Shown: positions 9,929-20,173, counted from the stretch's first letter. The stretch is 32,000 nucleotides of DNA from Candidatus Saccharimonadota bacterium (GCF_039383305.1 NZ_CP135009.1:150001-182000); one strand, 5' to 3'. Numbers and translations are program-made. The notes: a model not told the origin generated them from the letters alone.

Positions 9929-11347
9929 ATGAAAAAAACTATACATACAAATGTAGTTGTTATAGGTGGAGGAGCTGCTGGATATTCTGCAGCATTTCGT
10001 TGTGCAGATTTAGGGTTATCTGTAGTTTTAATAGAAAAATATGGTGTTTTAGGAGGTACTTGTTTAAATGTAGGATGTATTCCTTCAAAATCATTATTAT
10101 ATTTAACAAAATTAATTAAAGAAATCAAAATTTTAGAAAAAGAAAAAATTTTTTTATCTAAAAAAAAAAATATTAATATAGAATTTATTTTAAAATGGAA
10201 AAATAAAATTATTTCTAATTTATTAAAAGGTTTAGACCATTTATTAAAACAAAGAAAAATTCTTTTAATTAAGGGTTTTGCTAAGTTTTCTGAAAAAAAT
10301 AAAATAGAAATTTTTAATAATTTTGAATATCAATATATTATGTTTGATTATGCTATTATAGCATCAGGATCACATCCTGTAAAAATAAAAAATTTTTTAG
10401 AAGATGATTATCGTATTTGGGATTCTACTGATGCTTTAAAGATTTCTAAAATTCCTAAAAATTTATTAATTGTAGGAGCAGGTATTATTGGATTAGAGAT
10501 GGCTACAATTTATCAAGTTTTTGGAGCAAAAATTCAGATTATTGATACTTCAAAAAAATTTATGTCCTTTTTAGATGTTGATATTTGTGATTTTTTTTTA
10601 AAAAATTTTCAAAAAAAAGTTTCTATATCTTTAGAAACAATAATGCTTAATACGAAATTTAGTGATGAAGGCATTGAAGTTAGTACTCAACATGTAAATG
10701 GTTTTTTAAAAAAAAATATATATGATAATATATTAGTAGCAATAGGTAGACGTCCTAATATTTATAATATGAATTTTGAAATTTTTCCGATTAAACTTAA
10801 TGATTTAGGGTTTATTGAAGTGGATAATCAGTTACGTACTAATATTTCTAATATATTTGCTGTTGGTGATGTAACTGGTCAACCTATGTTGGCTCATAAA
10901 GGAATTTATGAAGCTCATATTGCAGCAGAAGTGATTTCAGGAAAAAAATATTATTTTAATCCTTTAGTAATTCCTAATGTAGCTTATTGTGATCCTGAAA
11001 TATCTTGGGTAGGTATCACTGAAAAAGTAGCTAAAGTGAAAAATTTAGATTATAAAGCAATTTCTATTCCTTGGAAATTTTCAGGAAGAGCTTTATCTTC
11101 AAATTGTGCTCAGAATGGTATTACTAAAATTATTTTTGATAATAAAACTCATAAAATTTTAGGGGCTATTATTGTAGGTCGTAATGCAGGTGAATTAATT
11201 TCACAGATCAGTATTTCTATAGAAATGGGTTGTGTCGCAGAAGATTTATCTTTAATAATTTTTCCTCATCCTACTTTATCAGAAACAATTAGTTTAGCAG
11301 CTCAAAGTTTTTTAGGGTGCGCTACGGATATTTTAAATGTCATATAA
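9929..11347 (+). CDS. lpdA: dihydrolipoamide dehydrogenase (E3)
   Basis: 472 aa. FAD-binding VVIGGGAAGY, redox-active disulfide GGTCLNVGCIPSK, and C-terminal HPTLSE. Confidence 0.96.
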   Translation: MKKTIHTNVVVIGGGAAGYSAAFRCADLGLSVVLIEKYGVLGGTCLNVGCIPSKSLLYLTKLIKEIKILEKEKIFLSKKKNINIEFILKWKNKIISNLLKGLDHLLKQRKILLIKGFAKFSEKNKIEIFNNFEYQYIMFDYAIIASGSHPVKIKNFLEDDYRIWDSTDALKISKIPKNLLIVGAGIIGLEMATIYQVFGAKIQIIDTSKKFMSFLDVDICDFFLKNFQKKVSISLETIMLNTKFSDEGIEVSTQHVNGFLKKNIYDNILVAIGRRPNIYNMNFEIFPIKLNDLGFIEVDNQLRTNISNIFAVGDVTGQPMLAHKGIYEAHIAAEVISGKKYYFNPLVIPNVAYCDPEISWVGITEKVAKVKNLDYKAISIPWKFSGRALSSNCAQNGITKIIFDNKTHKILGAIIVGRNAGELISQISISIEMGCVAEDLSLIIFPHPTLSETISLAAQSFLGCATDILNVI

Positions 11348-11437
11348 ACATATTGGGATTTTATATAAATATTTTTAAAATAATTATTTTTTTTAAAAAA
11401 GTATTTTTAAGAATAATTTTTTGTAAATTATTTATAG

Positions 11438-11460
11438 GGAGCAGGTCAGTTTCCTGCTCT
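11438..11460. terminator. G/C-rich hairpin between convergent lpdA and erpA (candidate bidirectional intrinsic terminator)
   Basis: GGAGCAGG-tcagttt-CCTGCTCT gives 7 Watson-Crick pairs plus one G-U and a 7-nt loop. It is flanked by A/T runs and is the only G/C-rich element in the 154-bp spacer. Confidence 0.5.
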
Positions 11461-11501
11461 AAAAATTTTTATTATTTTTTTTATAAATTTTTTAAAAAAT
11501 T

Positions 11502-11846
11502 TTAAATACTAAAAGAAAGTCCACATCCGCAGGTTGTTTTTGCGTTTGGATTAAAAATAGTAAATTTTGAACCTTCTAAATTTTCTATAAAATCTAAGGT
11601 TCCTCCTGATAAATATTGTAAACTAATAGAATCTATTATAATAGCATTATTTATATTAGTACTAATAATATCATCTTTATTTTTTTTTTTGTCAAGTTTG
11701 AAACCGTATTGAAATCCACTACAACCTCCTCCTGTAATATAAATTCGTAATTTAAATTTAGTATTATTTTTAGTATTTAAAAGTTTTCTAATTTGTTTTT
11801 TAGCAGAATTTGTACATTTTATGAAAGAATTATATTGTTTATTCAT
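11502..11846 (-). CDS. erpA: A-type iron-sulfur cluster insertion protein ErpA
   Basis: 114 aa, the same length as E. coli ErpA. Contains [17 protein letters not shown] and C-terminal [16 protein letters not shown]. Confidence 0.93.
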   Translation of the reverse strand: MNKQYNSFIKCTNSAKKQIRKLLNTKNNTKFKLRIYITGGGCSGFQYGFKLDKKKNKDDIISTNINNAIIIDSISLQYLSGGTLDFIENLEGSKFTIFNPNAKTTCGCGLSFSI

Positions 11847-11980
11847 TTTAATTTTCTATTTTTAAGATTATAAGTATTATTTTAAAGATAAAAAATATAT
11901 TTGTAAAATATATATTTGATTTTATTTAAAAACAAAAAATTAATAAAGTTTTGATATAAAAAATTTTATTTTTATTATAT

Positions 11981-12039
11981 CTGGGTTAACTGTTTTAAAA
12001 AGTTTCTTAATTAAAAAATAATTAATACAGATAACCCAG
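11981..12039 (-). other. long-loop inverted repeat downstream of ftsZ (candidate terminator or structured RNA)
   Basis: 13-nt arms CTGGGTTAACTGT (11981-11993) and ACAGATAACCCAG (12027-12039) are complementary with one mismatch and separated by 33 nt. The right arm is 33 nt beyond the ftsZ stop on the minus strand. Confidence 0.35.
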
Positions 12040-12071
12040 TAATATAAATTTTAAAAATTTTTTTTTATATT

Positions 12072-13226
12072 TTATTTTTTTTTTCTTAAAAATGCTGGAA
12101 TATTTAAAAAAGATTTTTCATGTTGATTATTGTATATTGATGTATTTGATTGTTTAAAATTAGAAGCATTTTTTGTGATTTCCAATTCTGAATTTTCTTC
12201 TGAATTTTTATAAATATTCTTTGAATTGGTATGCATATGTGTATTTTGTAATCCTGTAATTTCAGATCCATTTTCCATTCCAATGCCAGTTGCAACAACA
12301 GTTACTCGTAAAGTATTTTCCATTTTAGGATCTAAAGAGGTTCCTATTACTACTGTTGAATTGTCAGATGAAAAAGAACGAATAGTATTTCCAACTATTT
12401 CAAATTCATCTAATCGTAAATCAAATCCTGCGGTAATATTAACTAAAATTCCACGTGCACCAGATAAATCTATATCTTCTAATAAAGGACTTGAAATTGC
12501 TATTTCAGAAGCTTCTTCAGCTCTTTTTTCTCCAGAAGATGTTCCAGTTCCCATCATAGAATATCCCATTTCAGACATTACAGTACGAACATCTGCAAAA
12601 TCAACATTCATTAATCCTGGTCTGGTAATTAATTCAGCTATACTTTGTACTGCTCCTTTTAAGATGTTATTTGCTGCTCCAAAAGCATCAAGTAAAGAAA
12701 TTCCTTGATCTAAAACTTTTAATAATTTGTCATTTGGAATTATAATTAAAGAATCTACATATTTAGAAAGTTCTTTTAATCCATGTTCTGCAAATAACAT
12801 TCTTTTTTTTCCTTCAAAACTAAATGGTTTAGTGACTACAGCTACAGTTAATATTCCTAGTTCTCGAGCTACTTCCGCTATTACGGGTGCAGCTCCTGTA
12901 CCTGTTCCTCCTCCCATTCCGGCTGCAATAAAAATCATATCTGCTCCTTCTAAAGATTTTTTTAATATTTCTTTATCTTCTTCTGCAGATGTACGTCCTA
13001 CTTCGGGATTAGCTCCGGCACCTAAACCTTTAGTAATACTATTTCCTATTTGAATAGTTTGACCTACTTCAATTGTACGTAATGCTTGAGCATCTGTATT
13101 AACAGCAAAAAATTCTACACCTTCAATTTTTTCTCGTACCATATGTTCTACTGCGTTACTACCTCCTCCTCCTATCCCAATAACTTTAATAATAGGTTCA
13201 TGATTAAATTCTACAGGTTCAAACAT
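12072..13226 (-). CDS. ftsZ: cell division GTPase FtsZ
   Basis: 384 aa. N terminus MFEPVEF...IKVIGIGGGGSNAVEHM, tubulin signature GMGGGTGTGAAP, and C-terminal conserved peptide NIPAFLRKKK. AAGGA RBS upstream. Confidence 0.98.
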   Translation of the reverse strand: MFEPVEFNHEPIIKVIGIGGGGSNAVEHMVREKIEGVEFFAVNTDAQALRTIEVGQTIQIGNSITKGLGAGANPEVGRTSAEEDKEILKKSLEGADMIFIAAGMGGGTGTGAAPVIAEVARELGILTVAVVTKPFSFEGKKRMLFAEHGLKELSKYVDSLIIIPNDKLLKVLDQGISLLDAFGAANNILKGAVQSIAELITRPGLMNVDFADVRTVMSEMGYSMMGTGTSSGEKRAEEASEIAISSPLLEDIDLSGARGILVNITAGFDLRLDEFEIVGNTIRSFSSDNSTVVIGTSLDPKMENTLRVTVVATGIGMENGSEITGLQNTHMHTNSKNIYKNSEENSELEITKNASNFKQSNTSIYNNQHEKSFLNIPAFLRKKK

Positions 13227-13274
13227 TTTAAATTCCTTAATATAAGAAGAAAATAAATTTTTAAAAAAATAATT

Positions 13275-14531
13275 TTAAAATTCTTTTTTAAACCAATTAT
13301 TAATTTTTTGTAACCATTTTTTAAAAAATCCATATTTTTGAGAAATAATAGGAGAAAATTTTTGATCATTTTTACTTTGTATAAGTAATCCTATTGTAGT
13401 AGAATATTCAGGAGACATAATTTCTTTTGGTATTTCTAAAATATTTTGTGAATTTCGAATTTGTACTTTATTGTTAAAAATTCTTTCAGAAAAAATATTT
13501 AAATTTGGAATTTTAGCAGCTCCACCAGTAAAAATAATACCTGAATTTAATTTATTGTTTAAAAAATGGTGATTTTGTAAAGATGTTACTTTTAAGATTT
13601 CACAATTTATTAAGTTAAGTAATTCTAAATATCGTGGTTCTATAACTTCTATTAATGAATTTTGATGAAAGCTTTGTTTTTTTTGCTCGTTATATCTTGG
13701 TATTTCAAAAGTTGTTGGTGTATTTAATAAAGAAGATAATAAACTTCCATATTTTATTTTAATTTTTTCTGCTTCAGAAAATGTTAAAGAAAATGCATAT
13801 GCAATATCGTTAGTAACTAAATTTCCAGCATAAGGAATTACAGCGCTATGTCTTAAAATTCCTGAAGTGTAAATATTTATATCAATAATTTCACCTCCAA
13901 TATCTACCATGCATACACCAGAATTTTTTTCTTCAGAAGTTAAAATTGATTGGCTAGAAGCTAGTCCAGAAAAAATTATTTTTTTTACTCGTATTTTACA
14001 TTTTTCTATTGCTTTAATAATATTTTTCTTAATATGACAATCGGTTGTAATTAAATGTACATTAGCTTTCATGCGCATTCCAGATAATCCAATAGGATTA
14101 TGAATACCTTTTTGTTGATCAATTTCATAATCTTGGGGTATAACATGTAAAATATGATGATTATTTTGTATTTTAACAGATTTAGCTGTTTTAATAACAT
14201 TTTTAATATCTTCTTTTGTTACTTCACCGGATAAGATTGGAACAATTCCAATTTCATTTTGACATTTTATTTCTTTATTTGATAAAGCTAAATAAATAGA
14301 TTTAATTTTACAATTTGCCATTTTTTCGGCTTTATATAAAGATTTTTTTATACACTCTACTAATTTTTCTAGGTTATTAATAATTCCTTGATATATTCCT
14401 TGAGTGGGAGAAGTTCCGAAACCAATAATAGTGATACGATTTTTTTCTAAGATTTCTCCAATTAAAATAGAAATTTTTGTTGCGCCAATTTCTAATCCTG
14501 CAATCAACTTTTTTTTTATGGTACTTATCAT
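13275..14531 (-). CDS. ftsA: cell division protein FtsA
   Basis: 418 aa with actin/Hsp70-fold layout (GLEIGATKI, VDIGGE, FTGGAAKIP). C-terminal amphipathic helix KKWLQKINNWFKKEF resembles the FtsA membrane-targeting sequence. Lies immediately upstream of ftsZ. Confidence 0.94.
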   Translation of the reverse strand: MISTIKKKLIAGLEIGATKISILIGEILEKNRITIIGFGTSPTQGIYQGIINNLEKLVECIKKSLYKAEKMANCKIKSIYLALSNKEIKCQNEIGIVPILSGEVTKEDIKNVIKTAKSVKIQNNHHILHVIPQDYEIDQQKGIHNPIGLSGMRMKANVHLITTDCHIKKNIIKAIEKCKIRVKKIIFSGLASSQSILTSEEKNSGVCMVDIGGEIIDINIYTSGILRHSAVIPYAGNLVTNDIAYAFSLTFSEAEKIKIKYGSLLSSLLNTPTTFEIPRYNEQKKQSFHQNSLIEVIEPRYLELLNLINCEILKVTSLQNHHFLNNKLNSGIIFTGGAAKIPNLNIFSERIFNNKVQIRNSQNILEIPKEIMSPEYSTTIGLLIQSKNDQKFSPIISQKYGFFKKWLQKINNWFKKEF

Positions 14532-14945
14532 GTTCTGTAGCCTTAGCTAGAGTATTATAATGTTATATTCTATATATTGTATATTAATATTTTATTTGAT
14601 AGTTTAGGTATTAGATGTTTTGTATTTTTAAAAAAAATAATTATTACATAATTTATATTTTTTATAAAAATTTTATTATAATATTTTTTTTAAAAAAAAT
14701 TTGGCATTTTTTAAATTTCTAAATTTTGATTAATTTTTGAATTATTTAAAATTTTATTTTATTATTTTGATATATTTTTTAAAATTTTATAAAAAAAAAT
14801 TAATATAAAGATTTTATCATATCTAAAAAAATATAAAAAAATATTTTTTTTAGAATTTTTTAATGATATTTAATTTAACTAATAAATATTTTTTAAACAT
14901 TTTTTTTAAGATTTTTTTTTAAAAAATTTAATAATTTATAAAAAA

Positions 14946-15869
14946 TTATAAAATTTCTGCAGTTCTTAAAATTGCGCTTCTAGCGCGTTTATTATTAATT
15001 ATTTCTAATTTTGTAGGTTTAATACGTTGAATATTTTTTATTTTTTTTTTATTTTTTTTTTTTAATTGTAATTCATTAATTGGTAAACCCATTGGAATTT
15101 CAATAGCAGAACTATTTTTTTTAAAAAATTTTTTGACAATTCGGTCTTCTATAGAATGAAAGCTAATAATCGATAATATAGCTCCTGGTTTTAAAATTTT
15201 TAAAGATATTTTTAAGATCTTTTTTAGTTCTTTTATTTCTTGATTTAGAAATATTCTTAATGCTAAGAAGGTTCGAGTAGCAGGATGTTTTAACATATTT
15301 TTGAAGGGTATAGTTTTCTTAATAATTTCAGCTAATTCTAATGTATTTGAAATGGGTTTTTTTTTATGATGTTTAAAGATTTCAAAAGCAATTTTTTTTG
15401 AATATTTTTCATTTCCAAATTTATATAATATTTTTGTAAGTTTTTTTTCTGAAATTTTATTTAATAATTGTAATAAAGATATACCAATTTGAGGATTCAT
15501 TCTCATATCTAAAGGTCCTTTTTTTTGAAAAGAAAATCCTCTTTTGGGATTATCAAGTTGAAAAGATGAAATTCCAAGATCCAAAATTAGTCCATTAATT
15601 TTTTTTTTTAGATTATAGTTTAATATATGTTTTTGAATATTAGAATATTTATCATTAATTAAAATTAATCGAGGATCTAAAATTTTTTTTCCTATTTGAT
15701 ATGCTTGAGGGTCGGTGTCTATACCTAATATCATACCTTTTTTTCCTAAATTTTTTAAAATTTCTTTTGTATGACCTCCATTTCCAAAGGTCCCATCTAT
15801 ATAAATTCCATTTTTTTGAACTTTTAGAGATTGGATAGTTTCTGTTAGTAAAACTGGTATATGTTGCAT
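14946..15869 (-). CDS. rsmH: 16S rRNA m4C1402 methyltransferase RsmH (MraW)
   Basis: 307 aa. Starts HIPVLL, with DGTFGNGGHT SAM-binding motif, LDLGISSFQLD and FHSIEDRIVK blocks. Confidence 0.94.
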   Translation of the reverse strand: MQHIPVLLTETIQSLKVQKNGIYIDGTFGNGGHTKEILKNLGKKGMILGIDTDPQAYQIGKKILDPRLILINDKYSNIQKHILNYNLKKKINGLILDLGISSFQLDNPKRGFSFQKKGPLDMRMNPQIGISLLQLLNKISEKKLTKILYKFGNEKYSKKIAFEIFKHHKKKPISNTLELAEIIKKTIPFKNMLKHPATRTFLALRIFLNQEIKELKKILKISLKILKPGAILSIISFHSIEDRIVKKFFKKNSSAIEIPMGLPINELQLKKKNKKKIKNIQRIKPTKLEIINNKRARSAILRTAEIL

Positions 15870-15935
15870 ATTTTTTCTTTTTTATAAAAATGTTAATTTA
15901 AAAGGATTTTTAAATTTTTAAATATTGTTTAAAAA

Positions 15936-16406
15936 TTAAATTTCAAATATTGCGGAATTTATATATTTTAAAATTTTAATTTTTTTTTTAATCTTATAAA
16001 AAATTTTTTGAATTTTAGATATAGTGTCAGAAAATTTTATTATGTATATATTATTTCTGATATGTATGATTTCTCCATTATATTTATTTAAGATTTTTGT
16101 AATTTTTTTTTTAATAATTTCGTTTTTGATTAAAATTTTTATTAAGAGAATTTCTTGTTTTATATAATCAGAATATTTTATTTGTGTAACTTTAATTACA
16201 TTAATTAATTTTTTTAGTTGTTTTTTAATTTGTTGAATAATATTTAAATTTCCTGACGTATAAATAGTGATATTAGACAATAATTTTGTATGAGTAGGAA
16301 TAACAGTTAATTTTTCAATATTATAACCTCTTTGAGAAAATAATCCAATAACACGTGATAATGCTCCAGCTTCATTTTCTAATATAATTAATAAAACATG
16401 TTGCAT
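15936..16406 (-). CDS. ilvH: acetolactate synthase III small (regulatory) subunit
   Basis: 156 aa. ACT-domain N terminus LIILENEAGALSRVIGLFSQRGYNIE. Lies 13 nt downstream of ilvI with an AGGA RBS. Confidence 0.92.
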   Translation of the reverse strand: MQHVLLIILENEAGALSRVIGLFSQRGYNIEKLTVIPTHTKLLSNITIYTSGNLNIIQQIKKQLKKLINVIKVTQIKYSDYIKQEILLIKILIKNEIIKKKITKILNKYNGEIIHIRNNIYIIKFSDTISKIQKIFYKIKKKIKILKYINSAIFEI

Positions 16407-16419
16407 AATAATATATTCC

Positions 16420-18138
16420 TTATTTACAAAAAATCATATCGTTCATTCCACCATTTTTTATTTGCATAGGATAAATATGTTCTAAAGGATCAATATGCAC
16501 ATCTAAAAATACTAAAGATCCTTTTTTTACTATTTCTAAAGATTTCTTTAATGTATTTTGAATATCTTTTTTTTTTTTTAATAAAATTCCGATATGTCCA
16601 TAAGATTGAGATAATTTAATAAAATTTGGTAATGATTTCATATATGAATGCGAATGTCTTCCATTATATATTAAATCTTGCCATTGTTTTACCATTCCTA
16701 AAGATTGATTGTTTAAATTTATAATTAATATTGGTAAATTATATTGTTTTGCAGTAGAAAGTTCTTGTATGTTCATTTGAATACTTCCATCTCCAGTAAT
16801 ACAGATGACAAGATGTTCTGGAAAGGCTAATTTTATACCTAATGCTGCCGGTAATCCAAAACCCATTGTTCCCAAACCTCCGGAATTAATCCAATGTCTT
16901 GGTTTATGAAATTTATAATATAATGCAGTAAACATTTGATGTTGTCCGACATCGGATGCAATATAAGCTTTTCCTTTTGTTAATAAATATAATTCTTTAA
17001 TAATTTTTTGAGGTTTAATAATATTTTCAGATTTTGATAAAATTATATTTTTTTTATTTTTCCATGTATTAATAGATTTCCACCATTTTTTTATTTTTTT
17101 TTTATCTATATGATATTTTTTTAAGTATATTATTTTTAAAATTTTTTTTAATATTTTTTTAGCATCTCCAATAATATGAATATCAGCGTGTATAGTTTTA
17201 GAAATTGAAGTTGGATCGATATCGATATGAATAATTTTAGCATATGGACAGTATTTTTCTATATTGTTTGTTGTTCGATCATCAAATCGAGTACCAATTG
17301 CTAAAATAACATCTGAATTGTGCATTGCCATATTTGCAGAATAAGTTCCATGCATTCCTATCATAGATAAATTTTGGGGATGATTTCCCGGAAAAGCCCC
17401 TAAAGACATTAAAGTTAAAGTAACGGGAATATTTAAAATAGTAGCTAATTTATATAATTCTTTGTAACTATTAGAATGTATAATGCCTCCTCCCGCATAA
17501 ATAATTGGTTTTTTAGCTTTTATTAAAATTTTTATTATATTTTTAATTTTTGTATAAGAGATTTTTTTTAAATAAAAATATTTTTTAATATCATTTTTTT
17601 TTGAAAAATAATATTTTTTTTTAATTTTTTGATTTAAAATATCTTTTGGTAAATCTATAACAATAGGTCCTGGTCTTCCTGTTGTGGCTAATAATATAGA
17701 TTTTTTCAAGATATTAGGAATATCAATAGTTTTTTTAATTAAAAAACTATGTTTTACAATAGGACGAGAAATACCTATCATATCACATTCTTGAAATGCA
17801 TCTGATCCAATTAAATTAGAAGCTACTTGTCCAGAAATAATTAATAATGGAATAGAATCCATATATGCTGTTGCAATACCTGTAATAGAATTTGTGGCTC
17901 CAGGACCTGAAGTAACCAATACTACCCCTATTTTTCCTGTTGCTCTAGCATATCCATCAGCCATATGAACAGCAGCTTGCTCATGGCGAACTAAAATATG
18001 TTGTATTTTTTTACATTGTAAAGTTTTAAAAGCATCATAAATATCTAAAATTGCTCCTCCAGGATATCCAAAAATTTTTTGAATCTTTAAATCGATTAAA
18101 GATTGAATAACCATTTCTGCGCCAGATAATAAAATCAT
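16420..18138 (-). CDS. ilvI: acetolactate synthase III large subunit
   Basis: The ORF-track start at 18189 is a TTG. The in-frame ATG at 18138 gives [14 protein letters not shown], colinear with the E. coli IlvI N terminus, and has AAGG 9 nt upstream. ThDP motifs [13 protein letters not shown] and [12 protein letters not shown] are present. Product is 572 aa. Confidence 0.93.
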   Translation of the reverse strand: MILLSGAEMVIQSLIDLKIQKIFGYPGGAILDIYDAFKTLQCKKIQHILVRHEQAAVHMADGYARATGKIGVVLVTSGPGATNSITGIATAYMDSIPLLIISGQVASNLIGSDAFQECDMIGISRPIVKHSFLIKKTIDIPNILKKSILLATTGRPGPIVIDLPKDILNQKIKKKYYFSKKNDIKKYFYLKKISYTKIKNIIKILIKAKKPIIYAGGGIIHSNSYKELYKLATILNIPVTLTLMSLGAFPGNHPQNLSMIGMHGTYSANMAMHNSDVILAIGTRFDDRTTNNIEKYCPYAKIIHIDIDPTSISKTIHADIHIIGDAKKILKKILKIIYLKKYHIDKKKIKKWWKSINTWKNKKNIILSKSENIIKPQKIIKELYLLTKGKAYIASDVGQHQMFTALYYKFHKPRHWINSGGLGTMGFGLPAALGIKLAFPEHLVICITGDGSIQMNIQELSTAKQYNLPILIINLNNQSLGMVKQWQDLIYNGRHSHSYMKSLPNFIKLSQSYGHIGILLKKKKDIQNTLKKSLEIVKKGSLVFLDVHIDPLEHIYPMQIKNGGMNDMIFCK

Positions 18139-18361
18139 TATATAATACCTTAAAGTTAATAAAAAAATATAAAATATTTTTTTATACAAAATATTGATTA
18201 TATAAATAAAATATTTTTAATAAAAAATTCTATTTTTTTTTGAAAAATTTTTATAAAATTTATAATTTATTTCATAAAAATTGTTTTTTTTAATTTTAGA
18301 AAGAAATATTTTTGAAAATTTTTTATTTTTTTTTATAAAACAAAATTTTTATTAGAAAACG

Positions 18362-18382
18362 AATCCGCTTAAAAAGCGGATT
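18362..18382 (-). terminator. intrinsic terminator downstream of dapD
   Basis: AATCCGCT-taaaa-AGCGGATT is a perfect 8-bp stem with a 5-nt loop. On the minus strand it is followed by CGTTTTCT and lies 39 nt after the dapD stop. Confidence 0.7.
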
Positions 18383-18420
18383 ATAGATATATTGTATTTT
18401 TTATTGAAAAATTTTATATT

Positions 18421-19263
18421 TTATGAAACGTTATACAAAATTTGTTTTTCACGTAATAAAGAATTTAGTTCTGTTTTTTGTAATGTTTTTTTGTCTACTT
18501 TTTTTACAATTACAGCGCAATATAATTGTATATTTTTATTTTTTGTAACAATAGATCCTGGTACAACAACAGAATATTTAGGAATTTTTCCATACGAAAT
18601 TAAATTTTTTTCTCTATCATAAATTTTTGTACTTTGTCCAATGTAAACTCCCATTGAAATTACAGATCCTTTTCCGACGATAACTCCTTCAACAATTTCT
18701 GAACGAGCACCAATAAAACAATTATTTTCAATAATAGTAGGATTATTTTGGATAGGTTCTAAGACACCACCAATACCTACACCACCAGATAAATGAACAT
18801 TTTTTCCTATTTGCGCACATGATCCTACAGTAGCCCAGGTATCAATCATAGTATTTTGCCCGATATATGCACCTATATTAATAAAACTAGGCATTATAAT
18901 TACATTTTTTTCAATGAAAGATCCAAATCTTACAGTTGCATTCGGTACAATACGTACCGAGTCTTTTAAAAATTTTAGTTTATTATAATTAGAATATTTT
19001 AAAGGAATTTTATCATAATATGTATCATGTAGTGTTTTAATAACATGATTTTTTTTATTAGATAAATACAATAATACTGCTTTTTTAATCCATTGATTAG
19101 TTTTCCAGGAATTTTGAATTTTTTCTGCAACTCGAATTTTTCCTATATTAAGATAATCAATTACAGATTCAATATTTTTTTTTTCTTTTACTGAAATTAT
19201 GTAATTTTTATTTTTTTTTTTTTCGTAAAAAATTTTTTCAATTTTTTTTTTTAATTTAATCAT
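18421..19263 (-). CDS. dapD: tetrahydrodipicolinate N-succinyltransferase
   Basis: 280 aa. Left-handed beta-helix hexapeptide repeats ([36 protein letters not shown]) with DapD-like N and C termini. Confidence 0.92.
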   Translation of the reverse strand: MIKLKKKIEKIFYEKKKNKNYIISVKEKKNIESVIDYLNIGKIRVAEKIQNSWKTNQWIKKAVLLYLSNKKNHVIKTLHDTYYDKIPLKYSNYNKLKFLKDSVRIVPNATVRFGSFIEKNVIIMPSFINIGAYIGQNTMIDTWATVGSCAQIGKNVHLSGGVGIGGVLEPIQNNPTIIENNCFIGARSEIVEGVIVGKGSVISMGVYIGQSTKIYDREKNLISYGKIPKYSVVVPGSIVTKNKNIQLYCAVIVKKVDKKTLQKTELNSLLREKQILYNVS

Positions 19264-19390
19264 GTTATTATATAATCCTTATATAAAATAATAATATAAA
19301 ATATTTTTAAAAATTTTTTAATAAATATTTCTACATCTTTTAAAATGTAGTAATATATATAAGATATTTTTTTTTAAAATATAAAATATT

Positions 19391-20173
19391 TTAAATATTA
19401 TATAAATGAGAGGTAATTTTTTCATTTTTTTGCCAAGTTAATATTTCACATCCTGTTTTTGTAACTAAAATAGTATGTTCATATTGTGCAGAGCATTTAT
19501 TATTTAAAGTTTTTACGGTCCATCCATCTTTTGAAATTTTTGTTTGAGAAGTACCAATATTTACCATAGGTTCAATTGTAAAAGTCATTCCTTCTTGTAA
19601 AATAATATTATTTTCAAAATTTTTATAATGCAATACTTGCGGTAATTCATGAAAATTTTTTCCAATACCATGTCCGCAATATTCTTTTACAATAAAAAAA
19701 TTTTTTTTTTCTACATAGTTTTGTATTATTGCTCCAATTTCTTTTAAAAAAATTCCAGGTTTAATATGAGACAATGCTAAATATAAACTTTTTTGTGTTA
19801 TTTTACATAATATTTTATTTTTTTCAGAAATTTTTCCTACAAAATACATTTTAGAAGCGTCACTATAATATCCATTTTTTATAACAGCTATATCAATATT
19901 TACAATATCTCCATTTTTTAAAAAAATATTTTTATTAGGGATACCATGACAGACAATTTCATTTTTAGAAATACATATAGATTTTGGAAAACCTTGATAT
20001 CCTAAACATGCTGGTATAGCTTTTTTTTTGATAATATATTGATGACAAATATTATTAATTTCATTTGTACTAATATTTGGTTGTATATATTTTGTAATCA
20101 TTTGTAATGTATCAGCTGTGATTTTTCCAGCTATTTTCATATTTTGAATATCTATTTTATTTTTTATTAACAT
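19391..20173 (-). CDS. map: methionine aminopeptidase
   Basis: 260 aa. The metal-ligand pattern is recognisable (GDIVNIDIAV, CGHGIG, FTIEP, QYEHT). Confidence 0.95.
   Translation of the reverse strand: MLIKNKIDIQNMKIAGKITADTLQMITKYIQPNISTNEINNICHQYIIKKKAIPACLGYQGFPKSICISKNEIVCHGIPNKNIFLKNGDIVNIDIAVIKNGYYSDASKMYFVGKISEKNKILCKITQKSLYLALSHIKPGIFLKEIGAIIQNYVEKKNFFIVKEYCGHGIGKNFHELPQVLHYKNFENNIILQEGMTFTIEPMVNIGTSQTKISKDGWTVKTLNNKCSAQYEHTILVTKTGCEILTWQKNEKITSHLYNI

Noticed and set aside
9910-10128. 72-aa minus-strand ORF overlapping the 5' end of lpdA.
   Set aside because: It is antisense to the Gly-rich FAD-binding motif of lpdA, which reads as AAPPPITTT on the opposite strand. It is a typical shadow ORF with no independent support.
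11317-11505. 62-aa plus-strand ORF spanning the lpdA 3' end and the lpdA-erpA spacer.
   Set aside because: It is out of frame with lpdA, runs through the terminator hairpin, and has Phe/Ile/Lys-rich composition as expected from random A/T sequence.
12104-13053. Three ORFs overlapping ftsZ: 12104-12298 on the minus strand out of frame, and 12226-12708 and 12727-13053 on the plus strand.
   Set aside because: These are shadow ORFs. ftsZ is the most G/C-rich and Gly/Ala-rich gene here, so alternative and antisense frames lack stop codons. Their products are low-complexity (Pro/Ala/Ser-rich mirror of the Gly-rich motifs) with no start context.
18139-18189. 17-codon N-terminal extension of ilvI ([17 protein letters not shown]), considered as a possible hydrophobic leader peptide.
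   Set aside because: The extension starts at a TTG and has no counterpart in IlvI. The ATG at 18138 has an AAGG RBS and gives an N terminus colinear with E. coli. There is no separate stop codon or attenuator structure to support a leader peptide.
18392-18622. 76-aa plus-strand ORF overlapping the dapD 3' end.
   Set aside because: It is antisense to dapD, has no RBS and has low-complexity hydrophobic composition.
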